Below are positions 51,501 to 64,000 of a stretch of 64,000 nucleotides of DNA, piece after piece. Every line of letters starts with the position of its first letter. The first letter of the stretch is position 1. A program made the translations under genes and the position numbers. Below the pieces are notes generated by a model. The model saw only the letters and a list, made by a program, of their open reading frames with translations, searched no databases and was not told where the DNA came from. Source of the stretch: the human T2T-CHM13v2.0 reference genome, Homo sapiens. The stretch lies in NCBI RefSeq assembly GCF_009914755.1, contig NC_060931.1. One strand, 5' to 3'.

Positions 51501-54500
51501 GTCTGCAAGTAGATATATGGACCGCTTTGAGGCCTTCGTTGGAAACGGGATTTCTTCATTTCGTGCTAGACAGAAGAATTCTCAGTAACTTCTTTGTGTT
51601 GTGTGTATTCAACTCACAGAGTGGAACGTCCCTTTAGACAGAGAAGATTTGAAACACTCTTTTTGTGGAATTTGCAAGTGGAGATTTCAAGCGATTTGAT
51701 GCCAGCAGTAGAAAAGGAAATATCTTCAAATAAAAACTAGACAGAATCATTCTCAGAAACTACTTTGTGATGTGTGCCTTCAACTCACAGAGTTTAACCT
51801 TTCTTTTCTTAGAGCAGTTTAGAAACACTCTGCTTCTTATGTCTGCAACTGGATATTTGGACCTCTTTGAGGCCTTCGTTGCAAACGGGATTTCTTCCTT
51901 TAATGCTAGACTAAGAAGAGTTCTCAGTAACTTTTTTGTGTTGTGTGTATTCAACTCACAGAGTTGAACCTTGCTTTAGAGAGAGCAGATTTGAAACACT
52001 CTTGCTGTGGCATTTTCAGGTGGAGATTTCAAGCGATTTGAGGACAATTGCACAAAAGGAAATATCTTCGTATAATAACCAGACAGAATCATTCTCAGAA
52101 AGTGCTTTGTGATGTGTGCGTTCAACTCACAGAGTTTAACCTTTCTTTTCATAGAGGAGTTTCGAAACACACTGTTTGTAAAGTCTGCAAGTGGATATAT
52201 GGACCTGTTTGAGGCCTTCGTTGGAAACGGGATTTTATCATATAATGCTAGACGGAAGAATTCTCAGTAAATTCTTTGTGTTGTGTGCATTCAACTCACA
52301 GAGTGGAACGTCCCTTTAGGCAAAGAAGATTTTAAACACTCTTTTTGCGGAATTTGCAGGTGGAGTTTTCTAGCCATTTGATGCCAACAGTAGAAAGGGA
52401 AATATCTTCAAATAAAAACCAGACAGAATCATTCTCAGAAAATTCTTTGTGATGTGTGCGTTCAACTCACATAGTTTAACCTTTCTTTTCATAGAGCAGT
52501 TTGGAAACACTCTGTTTGTAAAGTCTGCAAGTGGATATATGGACCGCATTGAGGCCTTCGTTGGAAACGGGATTTCTTCATTTCATGCTAGACAGAAGAA
52601 TTCTCAGTAACTTCTTTGTGCTGTGTGTATTCAACTCACAGAGTGCAACGTCCCTTTACACAGAGCAGATTTGAAACACTCTTTTTGTGGAATTTGCAAG
52701 TGGAGATTTCAAGCGATTTGATGCCAACAGTAGAAGAGGAAATATCTTCAAATAAAAACTAGACAGAATCATTCTCAGAAACTACTTTGTGATGTGTGCC
52801 TTCAACTCGCAGAGTTTAACCTTTCTTTTCTTAGAGCAGTTTAGAAACACTCTGCTTGTTATGTCTGCAAGTGGATATTTGGACCTCTTTGAGGCCTTCG
52901 TTGCAAACGGGATTTCTTCCTTTAATGCTAGACTAAGAAGAGTTCTCAGTAACTGTTTTGTGTTGTGTGTATTCAACTCACAGAGTTGAACCTTGCTTTA
53001 CAGAGAGCAGATTTGAAACACTCTTGCTGTGGCATTTTCAGGTGGAGATTTCAAGCGATTTGAGGACAATTGCAGAAAAGGAAATATCTTCGTATAATAA
53101 CCAGACAGAATCATTCTCAGAAAGTGCTTTGTGATGTGTGCGTTCAACTCACAGAGTTTAACCTTTCTTTTCATAGAGGAGTTTGGAAACACACTGTTTG
53201 TAAAGTCTGCATGTGGATATATGGACCTGTTAGAGGCCTTCGTTGGAAACGGGATTTCTTCATTAAATGCTAGACGGAAGAATTCTCAGTAAATTCTTTG
53301 TGTTGTGTGCATTCAACTCACAGAGTGGAACGTCCCTTTAGACAGAGCAGATTTGAAACACTCTTTTTGCAGAATTTGCAAGTGGAGATTTCTAGCCATT
53401 TGATGCCAACGGTAGAAAGGGAAATATCTTCAAATAAAAACTAGACAGAATTATCCTCAGAAAATTCTTTGTGATGTGTGCGTTCAACTCACATAGTTTA
53501 ACCTTTCTTTTCATAGACCAGTTTGGAAACACTCTGTTGGTAATGTCTGCAAGTGGATATATGGACCGCTTTGAGGACTTCGTTGGAAACGGGATTTCTT
53601 AATTTCATGCTAGACAGAAGAATTCTCAGTAACTTCTTTGTGTTGTGTGTATTCAACTGACAGATTGGAATGTCCCATTACACAGAGCAGTTTTGAAACA
53701 CTCTTTTTGTGGAATTTAAAAGTGGAGAATTCAAGCGATTTCATGCCAAAAGTTGGAAAGGAAATATCTTCAAATAAAAATTAGACAGAATCATTCTCAG
53801 AAAATTCTTTGTGATGTGTGCGTTCAGCTCACATAGTTTAACCTTTCTTTTCATAGAGCAGTTTCGAAACACACTGTTTGTAAAATCTGCAAGTGGATAT
53901 ATGTACCGCTTTGAGGCATTCCTTGGAAACGGGATTTCTTCATTGAATGCTAGACAGAAGAATTCTCAGTAAATTCTTTGTGTTGTGTGCATTCAACTCA
54001 CCGAGTGGAACGTCCCTTTAGACAGACCAGATTTGAAACACTCTTTTTGCGAAATTTGGAAGTGGAGATTTCAAGCCATTTGATGCCAACAATAGAAAGG
54101 GAAATATCTTCAAATAAAAACTAGACAGAATCATTCTCAGAAAATTCTTTGTGATGTGTGCGTTCAACTCACATAGTTTAACCTTTCTTTTCATAGAGCA
54201 GTTTGGAAACACTCTGTTTGTAAAGTCTGCAAGTAGATATATGGACCGCTTTGAGGCCTTCGTTGGAAACGGGATTTCTTCATTTCATGCTAGACAGAAG
54301 AATTCTCAGTAACTCCTTTGTGTTGTGTGTATTCAACTCACAGTGTGGAACGTCCCTTTAGACAGAGCAGATTTGAAACACTCTTTTTGTGGAATTTGCA
54401 AGTGGAGATTTCAAGCGATTTGATGCCAGCAGTAGAAAAGGAAATATCTTCAAATAAAAACTAGACAGAATCATTCTCAGAAACTACTTTGTGATGTGTG

Positions 54501-57500
54501 CCTTCAACTCACAGAGTTTAACCTTTCTTTTCTTAGAGCAGTTTAGAAACACTCTGCTTCTTATGTCTGCAAGTGGATATTTGGACCTCTTTGAGGCCTT
54601 CGTTGCAAACGGGATTTCTTCCTTTAATGCTAGACTAAGAAGAGTTCTCAGTAACTTTTTTGTGTTGTGTGTATTCAACTCACAGAGTTGAACCTTGCTT
54701 TAGAGAGAGCAGATTTGAAACACTCTTGCTGTGGCATTTTCAGGTGGAGATTTCAAGCGATTTGAGGACAATTGCAGAAAAGGAAATATCTTCGTATAAT
54801 AACCAGAGAGAATCATTCTCAGAAAGTGCTTTGTGATGTGTGCGTTCAACTCACAGAGTTCAACCTTTCTTTTCATAGAGGAGTTTGGAAACACACTGTT
54901 AGTAAAGTCTGCAAGTGGATATATGGACCTGTTTGATGCCTTCGTTGGAAACGGGATTTTATCATATAATGCTAGACGGAAGAATTCTCAGTAAATTCTT
55001 TGTGTTGTGTGCATTCAACTCAGAGAGTGGAACGTCCCTTTAGACAGAGAAGATTTTAAACACTCTTTTTGCGGAATTTGCAAGTGGAGTTTTCTAGCCA
55101 TTTGATGCCAACAGTAGAAAGGGAAATATCTTCAAATAAAAACCAGACAGAATCATTCTCAGAAAATTCTTTGTGATGTGTGCGTTCAACTCACATAGTT
55201 TAACCTTTCTTTTCATAGAGCCGTTTGGAAACACTCTGTTTGTAAACTCTGCAAGTGGATATATGGACCGCATTGAGGCCTTCGTTGGAAACGGGATTTC
55301 TTCATTTCATGCTAGACAGAAGAATTCTCAGTAACTTCTTTGTGCTGTGTGTATTCAACTCACAGAGTGCAACGTCCCTTTACACAGAGCAGATTTGAAA
55401 CACTCTTTTTGTGGAATTTGCAAGTGGAGATTTCAAGCGATTTGATGCCAACAGTAGAAAAGGAAATATCTTCAAATAAAAACTAGACAGAATCATTCTC
55501 AGAAACTACTTTGTGATGTGTGCCTTCAACTCGCAGAGTTTAACCTTTCTTTTCTTAGAGCAGTTTAGAAACACTCTGCTTGTTATGTCTGCAAGTGGAT
55601 ATTTGGACCTCTTTGAGGCCTTCGTTGCAAACGGTATTTCTTCCTTTAATGCTAGACTAAGAAGAGTTCTCAGTAACTTTTTTGTGTTGTGTGTATTCAA
55701 CTCACAGAGTTGAACCTTGCTTTAGAGAGAGCAGATTTGAAACACTCTTGCTGTGGCATTTTCAGGTGGAGATTTCAAGCGATTTGAGGACAATTGCAGA
55801 AAAGGAAATATCTTCGTATAATAACCAGACAGAATCATTCTCAGAAAGTGCTTTGTGATGTGTGCGTTCAACTCACAGAGTTTAACCTTTCTTTTCATAG
55901 AGGAGTTTGGAAACACACTGTTTGTAAAGTCTGCATGTGGATATATGGACCTGTTTGAGGCCTTCGTTGGAAACGGGATTTCTTCATTGAATGCTAGACG
56001 GAAGAATTCTCAGTAAATTCTTTGTGTTGTGTGCATTCAACTCACCGAGTGGAACGTCCCTTTAGACAGACCAGATTTGAAACACTCTTTTTGCGAAATT
56101 TGGAAGTGGAGATTTCAAGCCATTTGATGCCAACAATAGAAAGGGAAATATCTTCAAATAAAAACTAGACAGAATCATTCTCAGAAAATTCTTTGTGATG
56201 TGTGCGTTCAACTCACATAGTTTAACCTTTCTTTTCATAGAGCAGTTTGGAAACACTCTGTTTGTAAAGTCTGCAAGTAGATATATGGACCGCTTTGAGG
56301 CCTTCTTTGGAAACGGGATTTCTTCATTTCATGCTAGACAGAAGAATTCTCAGTAACTCCTTTGTGTTGTGTGTATTCAACTCACAGTGTGGAACGTCCC
56401 TTTACACAGAGCAGATTTGAAACACTCTTTTTGTGGAATTTGCAAGTGGAGATTTCAAGCGATTTGATGCCAGCAGTAGAAAAGGAAATATCTTCAAATA
56501 AAAACTAGACAGAATCATTCTCAGAAACTACTTTGTGATGTGTGCCTTCAACTCACAGAGTTTAACCTTTCTTTTCTTAGAGCAGTTTAGAAACACTCTG
56601 CTTCTTATGTCTGCAAGTGGATATTTGGACCTCTTTGAGGCCTTCGTTGCAAACGGGATTTCTTCCTTTAATGCTAGACTAAGAAGAGTTCTCAGTAACT
56701 TTTTTGTGTTGTGTGTATTCAACTCACAGAGTTGAACCTTGCTTTAGAGAGAGCAGATTTGAAACACTCTTGCTGTGGCATTTTCAGGTGGAGATTTCAA
56801 GCGATTTGAGGACAATTGCAGAAAAGGAAATATCTTCGTATAATAACCAGAGAGAATCATTCTCAGAAAGTGCTTTGTGATGTGTGCGTTCAACTCACAG
56901 AGTTCAACCTTTCTTTTCATAGAGGAGTTTCGAAACACACTGTTTGTAAAGTCTGCAAGTGGATATATGGACCTGTTTGATGCCTTCGTTGGAAACGGGA
57001 TTTTATCATATAATGCTAGACGGAAGAATTCTCAGTAAATTCTTTGTGTTGTGTGCATTCAACTCACAGAGTGGAACGTCCCTTTAGACAGAGAAGATTT
57101 TAAACACTCTTTTTGCGGAATTTGCAAGTGGAGTTTTCTAGCCATTTGATGCCAACAGTAGAAAGGGAAATATCTTCAAATAAAAACCAGACAGAATCAT
57201 TCTCAGAAAATTCTTTGTGATGTGTGCGTTCAACTCACATAGTTTAACCTTTCTTTTCATAGAGCCGTTTGGAAACACTCTGTTTGTAAACTCTGCAAGT
57301 GGATATATGGACCGCATTGAGGCCTTCGTTGGAAACGGGATTTCTTCATTTCATGCTAGACAGAAGAATTCTCAGTAACTTCTTTGTGCTGTGTGTATTC
57401 AACTCACAGAGTGCAACGTCCCTTTACACAGAGCAGATTTTAAACACTCTTTTTGTGGAATTTGCAAGTGGAGATTTCAAGCGATTTGATGCCAACAGTA

Positions 57501-60500
57501 GAAAAGGAAATATCTTCAAATAAAAACTAGACAGAATCATTCTCAGAAACTACTTTGTGATGTGTGCCTTCAACTCGCAGAGTTTAACCTTTCTTTTCTT
57601 AGAGCAGTTTAGAAACACTCTGCTTGTTATGTCTGCAAGTGGATATTTGGACCTCTTTGAGGCCTTCGTTGCAAACGGTATTTCTTCCTTTAATGCTAGA
57701 CTAAGAAGAGTTCTCAGTAACTTTTTTGTGTTGTGTGTATTCAACTCACAGAGTTGAACCTTGCTTTAGAGAGAGCAGATTTGAAACACTCTTGCTGTGG
57801 CATTTTCAGGTGGAGATTTCAAGCGATTTGAGGACAATTGCAGAAAAGGAAATATCTTCGTATAATAACCAGACAGAATCATTCTCAGAAAGTGCTTTGT
57901 GATGTGTGCGTTCAACTCACAGAGTTTAACCTTTCTTTTCATAGAGGAGTTTGGAAACACACTGTTTGTAAAGTCTGCATGTGGATATATGGACCTGTTT
58001 GAGGCCTTCGTTGGAAACGGGATTTCTTCATTGAATGCTAGACGGAAGAATTCTCAGTAAATTCTTTGTGTTGTGTGCATTCAACTCACCGAGTGGAACG
58101 TCCCTTTAGACAGACCAGATTTGAAACACTCTTTTTGCGAAATTTGGAAGTGGAGATTTCAAGCCATTTGATGCCAACAATAGAAAGGGAAATATCTTCA
58201 AATAAAAACTAGACAGAATCATTCTCAGAAAATTCTTTGTGATGTGTGCGTTCAACTCACATAGTTTAACCTTTCTTTTCATAGAGCAGTTTGGAAACAC
58301 TCTGTTTGTAAAGTCTGCAAGTAGATATATGGACCGCTTTGAGGCCTTCGTTGGAAACGGGATTTCTTCATTTCATGCTAGACAGAAGAATTCTCAGTAA
58401 CTCCTTTGTGTTGTGTGTATTCAACTCACAGTGTGGAACGTCCCTTTAGACAGAGCAGATTTGAAACACTCTTTTTGTGGAATTTGCAAGTGGAGATTTC
58501 AAGCGATTTGATGCCAGCAGTAGAAAAGGAAATATCTTCAAATAAAAACTAGACAGAATCATTCTCAGAAACTACTTTGTGATGTGTGCCTTCAACTCAC
58601 AGAGTTTAACCTTTCTTTTCTTAGAGCAGTTTAGAAACACTCTGCTTCTTATGTCTGCAACTGGATATTTGGACCTCTTTGAGGCCTTCGTTGCAAACGG
58701 GATTTCTTCCTTTAATGCTAGACTAAGAAGAGTTCTCAGTAACTTTTTTGTGTTGTGTGTATTCAACTCACAGAGTTGAACCTTGCTTTAGAGAGAGCAG
58801 ATTTGAAACACTCTTGCTGTGGCATTTTCAGGTGGAGATTTCAAGCGATTTGAGGACAATTGCACAAAAGGAAATATCTTCGTATAATAACCAGACAGAA
58901 TCATTCTCAGAAAGTGCTTTGTGATGTGTGCGTTCAACTCACAGAGTTTAACCTTTCTTTTCATAGAGGAGTTTCGAAACACACTGTTTGTAAAGTCTGC
59001 AAGTGGATATATGGACCTGTTTGAGGCCTTCGTTGGAAACGGGATTTTATCATATAATGCTAGACGGAAGAATTCTCAGTAAATTCTTTGTGTTGTGTGC
59101 ATTCAACTCACAGAGTGGAACGTCCCTTTAGACAGAGAAGATTTTAAACACTCTTTTTGCGGAATTTGCAAGTGGAGTTTTCTAGCCATTTGATGCCAAC
59201 AGTAGAAAGGGAAATATCTTCAAATAAAAACCAGACAGAATCATTCTCAGAAAATTCTTTGTGATGTGTGCGTTCAACTCACATAGTTTAACCTTTCTTT
59301 TCATAGAGCAGTTTGGAAACACTCTGTTTGTAAAGTCTGCAAGTGGATATATGGACCGCATTGAGGCCTTCGTTGGAAACGGGATTTCTTCATTTCATGC
59401 TAGACAGAAGAATTCTCAGTAACTTCTTTGTGCTGTGTGTATTCAACTCACAGAGTGCAACGTCCCTTTACACAGAGCAGATTTGAAACACTCTTTTTGT
59501 GGAATTTGCAAGTGGAGATTTCAAGCGATTTGATGCCAACAGTAGAAGAGGAAATATCTTCAAATAAAAACTAGACAGAATCATTCTCAGAAACTACTTT
59601 GTGATGTGTGCCTTCAACTCGCAGAGTTTAACCTTTCTTTTCTTAGAGCAGTTTAGAAACACTCTGCTTGTTATGTCTGCAAGTGGATATTTGGACCTCT
59701 TTGAGGCCTTCGTTGCAAACGGGATTTCTTCCTTTAATGCTAGACTAAGAAGAGTTCTCAGTAACTTTTTTGTGTTGTGTGTATTCAACTCACAGAGTTG
59801 AACCTTGCTTTAGAGAGAGCAGATTTGAAACACTCTTGCTGTGGCATTTTCAGGTGGAGATTTCAAGCGATTTGAGGACAATTGCAGAAAAGGAAATATC
59901 TTCGTATAATAACCAGACAGAATCATTCTCAGAAAGTGCTTTGTGATGTGTGCGTTCAACTCACAGAGTTTAACCTTTCTTTTCATAGAGGAGTTTGGAA
60001 ACACACTGTTTGTAAAGTCTGCATGTGGATATATGGACCTGTTTGAGGCCTTCGTTGGAAACGGGATTTCTTCATTGAATGCTAGACGGAAGAATTCTCA
60101 GTAAATTCTTTGTGTTGTGTGCATTCAACTCACAGAGTGGAACGTCCCTTTAGACAGAGCAGATTTGAAACACTCTTTTTGCAGAATTTGCAAGTGGAGA
60201 TTTCTAGCCATTTGATGCCAACGGTAGAAAGGGAAATATCTTCAAATAAAAACTAGACAGAATTATCCTCAGAAAATTCTTTGTGATGTGTGCGTTCAAC
60301 TCACATAGTTTAACCTTTCTTTTCATAGACCAGTTTGGAAACACTCTGTTGGTAATGTCTGCAAGTGGATATATGGACCGCTTTGAGGACTTCGTTGGAA
60401 ACGGGATTTCTTAATTTCATGCTAGACAGAAGAATTCTCAGTAACTTCTTTGTGTTGTGTGTATTCAACTGACAGAATGGAATGTCCCATTACACAGAGC

Positions 60501-63500
60501 AGTTTTGAAACACTCTTTTTGTGGAATTTAAAAGTGGAGAATTCAAGCGATTTGATGCCAACAGTTGAAAAGGAAATATCTTCAAATAAAAACTAGACAG
60601 AATCATTCTCAGAAAATTCTTTGTGATGTGTGTGTTCAGCTCACATAGTTTAACCTTTCTTTTCATAGAGCAGTTTCGAAACACACTGTTTGTAAAATCT
60701 GCAAGTGGATATATGTACCGCTTTGAGGCATTCCTTGGAAACGGGATTTCTTCATTGAATGCTAGACAGAAGAATTCTCAGTAAATTCTTTGTGTTGTGT
60801 GCATTCAACTCACCGAGTGGAACGTCCCTTTAGACAGAGCAGATTTGAAACACTCTTTTTGCGAAATTTGGAAATGGAGATTTCAAGCCATTTGATGCCA
60901 ACAATAGAAAGGGAAATATCTTCAAATAAAAACTAGACAGAATCATTCTCAGAAAATTCTTTGTGATGTGTGCGTTCAACTCACATAGTTTAACCTTTCT
61001 TTTCATAGAGCAGTTTGGAAACACTCTGCTTGTAAAGTCTGCAAGTAGATATATGGACCGCTTTGAGGCCTTCGTTGGAAACGGGATTTCTTCATTTCAT
61101 GCTAGACAGAAGAATTCTCAGTAACTTCTTTGTGTTGTGTGTATTCAACTCACAGAGTGGAACGTCCCTTTAGACAGAGCAGATTTGAAACACTCTTTTT
61201 GTGGAATTTGCAAGTGGAGATTTCAAGCGATTTGATGCCAGCAGTAGAAAAGGAAATATCTTCTAATAAAAACTAGACAGAATCATTCTCAGAAACTACT
61301 TTGTGATGTGTGCCTTCAACTCACAGAGTTTAACCTTTCTTTTCTTAGAGCAGTTTAGAAACACTCTGCTGCTTATGTCTGCAAGTGGATATTTGGACCT
61401 CTTTGAGGCCTTCGTTGCAAACGGGATTTCTTCCTTTAATGCTAGACTAAGAAGAGTTCTCAGTAACTTTTTTGTGTTGTGTGTATTCAACTCACAGAGT
61501 TGAACCTTGCTTTAGAGAGAGCAGATTTGAAACACTCTTGCTGTGGCATTTTCAGGTGGAGATTTCAAGCGATTTGAGGACAATTGCAGAAAAGGAAATA
61601 TCTTCGTATAATAACCAGACAGAATCATTCTCAGAAAGTGCTTTGTGATGTGTGCGTTCAACTCACAGAGTTTAACCTTTCTTTTCATAGAGGAGTTTGG
61701 AAACACACTGTTTGTAAAGTCTGCAAGTGGATATATGGACCTGTTTGAGGCCTTCGTTGGAAACGGGATTTCTTCATTGAATGCTAGACGGAAGAATTCT
61801 CAGTAAATTCTTTGTGTTGTGTGCATTCAACTCACAGAGTGGAACGTCCCTTTAGACACAGCAGATTAGAAACACTCTTTTTGCGGAATTTGCAATTGGA
61901 GAATTCTAGCCATTTGATGCCAACAGTAGAAAGGGAAATATCTTCAAATAAAAACTAGACAGAATCATCCTCAGAAAATTCTTTGTGATGTGTGCGTTCA
62001 ACTCACATAGTTTAACCTTTCTTTTCATAGAGCAGTTTGGAAACACTCTGTTTGTAAAGTCTGCAAGTGGATATATGGACCGCATTGAGGCCTTCGTTGG
62101 AAACGGGATTTCTTCATTTCATGCTAGACAGAAGAATTCTCAGTAACTTCTTTGTGCTGTGTGTATTCAACTCACAGAGTGCAACGTCCCTTTACACAGA
62201 GCAGATTTGAAACACTCTTTTTGTGGAATTTGCAAGTGGAGATTTCAAGCGATTTGATGCCAACAGTAGAAAAGGAAATATCTTCAAATAAAAACTAGAC
62301 AGAATCATTCTCAGAAACTACTTTGTGATGTGTGCCTTCAACTCGCAGAGTTTAACCTTTCTTTTCTTAGAGCAGTTTAGAAACACTCTGCTTGTTATGT
62401 CTGCAAGTGGATATTTGGACCTCTTTGAGGCCTTCGTTGCAAACGGGATTTCTTCCTTTAATGCTAGACTAAGAAGAGTTCTCAGTAACTTTTTTGTGTT
62501 GTGTGTATTCAACTCACAGAGTTGAACCTTGCTTTAGAGAGAGCAGATTTGAAACACTCTTGCTGTGGCATTTTCAGGTGGAGATTTCAAGCGATTTGAG
62601 GACAATTGCAGAAAAGGAAATATCTTCGTATAATAACCAGACAGAATCATTCTCAGAAAGTGCTTTGTGATGTGTGCGTTCAACTCACAGAGTTTAACCT
62701 TTCTTTTCATAGAGGAGTTTGGAAACACACTGTTTGTAAAGTCTGCATGTGGATATATGGACCTGTTTGAGGCCTTCGTTGGAAACGGGATTTCTTCATT
62801 GAATGCTAGACGGAAGAATTCTCAGTAAATTCTTTGTGTTGTGTGCATTCAACTCACCGAGTGGAACGTCCCTTTAGACAGACCAGATTTGAAACACTCT
62901 TTTTGCGAAATTTGGAAGTGGAGATTTCAAGCCATTTGATGCCAACAATAGAAAGGGAAATATCTTCAAATAAAAACTAGACAGAATCATTCTCAGAAAA
63001 TTCTTTGTGATGTGTGCGTTCAACTCACATAGTTTAACCTTTCTTTTCATAGAGCAGTTTGGAAACACTCTGTTTGTAAAGTCTGCAAGTAGATATATGG
63101 ACCGCTTTGAGGCCTTCGTTGGAAACGGGATTTCTTCATTTCATGCTAGACAGAAGAATTCTCAGTAACTCCTTTGTGTTGTGTGTATTCAACTCACAGT
63201 GTGGAACGTCCCTTTAGACAGAGCAGATTTGAAACACTCTTTTTGTGGAATTTGCAAGTGGAGATTTCAAGCGATTTGATGCCAGCAGTAGAAAAGGAAA
63301 TATCTTCTAATAAAAACTAGACAGAATCATTCTCAGAAACTACTTTGTGATGTGTGCCTTCAACTCACAGAGTTTAACCTTTCTTTTCTTAGAGCAGTTT
63401 AGAAACACTCTGCTGCTTATGTCTGCAAGTGGATATTTGGACCTCTTTGAGGCCTTCGTTGCAAACGGGATTTCTTCCTTTAATGCTAGACTAAGAAGAG

Positions 63501-64000
63501 TTCTCAGTAACTTTTTTGTGTTGTGTGTATTCAACTCACAGAGTTGAACCTTGCTTTAGAGAGAGCAGATTTGAAACACTCTTGCTGTGGCATTTTCAGG
63601 TGGAGATTTCAAGCGATTTGAGGACAATTGCAGAAAAGGAAATATCTTCGTATAATAACCAGACAGAATCATTCTCAGAAAGTGCTTTGTGATGTGTGCG
63701 TTCAACTCACAGAGTTTAACCTTTCTTTTCATAGAGGAGTTTGGAAACACACTGTTTGTAAAGTCTGCAAGTGGATATATGGACCTGTTTGAGGCCTTCG
63801 TTGGAAACGGGATTTCTTCATTGAATGCTAGACGGAAGAATTCTCAGTAAATTCTTTGTGTTGTGTGCATTCAACTCACAGAGTGGAACGTCCCTTTAGA
63901 CAGAGCAGATTTGAAACACTCTTTTTGCGGAATTTGCAATTGGAGATTTCTAGCCATTTGATGCCAACGGTAGAAAGGGAAATATCTTCAAATAAAAACT
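33551..64000 (+). repeat. Homogeneous SF1 HOR array, 6-mer (1022 bp) with 8/10/12-mer variants; probably chr7 D7Z1 (S1C7H1L)
   Basis: Near-identical pseudo-ORFs at 54491, 55513, 56535, 57557, 58579 and 59601 (1022 apart), with other steps of 1362, 1702 and 2042. One of three dimer EcoRI sites is lost (GAAGAGTTC), predicting 340+682-bp fragments like the D7Z1 dimer/tetramer clones. The HOR structure is certain; the chromosome assignment is from recall. Confidence 0.85.

Noticed and set aside
1-64000. Numerous 60-145 aa ORFs, many repeated nearly identically
   Set aside because: They are translations of alpha-satellite monomers on both strands, many with non-ATG starts. They recur with the repeat period and show no recognisable protein family.
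22651-64000. CRISPR-like regular repeat array
   Set aside because: There are no unique spacers and no cas genes; the whole unit is repeated and carries CENP-B boxes.
33551-64000. Assignment to other SF1 arrays (D10Z1, D12Z3, D16Z2, D1Z7/D5Z2/D19Z3)
   Set aside because: A dominant 1022-bp unit with a 340+682 EcoRI pattern fits D7Z1 best as I recall it. The alternatives are not formally excluded without an alignment.

Overview
The window is primate (most likely human) centromeric alpha-satellite DNA (~171-bp monomers) and crosses the edge of a centromere. 1-~22650 is old, divergent monomeric alpha satellite in which I found no CENP-B box. It contains several monomer sub-layers, one antisense Alu with a target-site duplication (9779-10086) and a ~5.9-kb inverted block (11256-~17180). 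At ~22650 the sequence switches abruptly and in phase to dimeric SF1 (J1/J2-type) alpha satellite with a CENP-B box position in roughly every second monomer. This grades into a homogeneous higher-order repeat (HOR) array with a 1022-bp 6-mer base unit plus 8-, 10- and 12-mer variants. The 6-mer with EcoRI 340+682-bp fragments best fits chromosome 7 D7Z1. No protein-coding or RNA gene is supported: the listed ORFs are chance frames in the satellite. I found no new gene system. The notable signals are structural: an inversion that looks like an insertion, missing intermediate layers, hairpin-type templated insertions, an unusually diverged AluY-like element, and a 111-bp deletion that traces nested multi-kb duplications at the array edge. 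Strand '+' means the orientation reading CTTCGTTGGAAACGGGA. All counts and alignments were done by eye.
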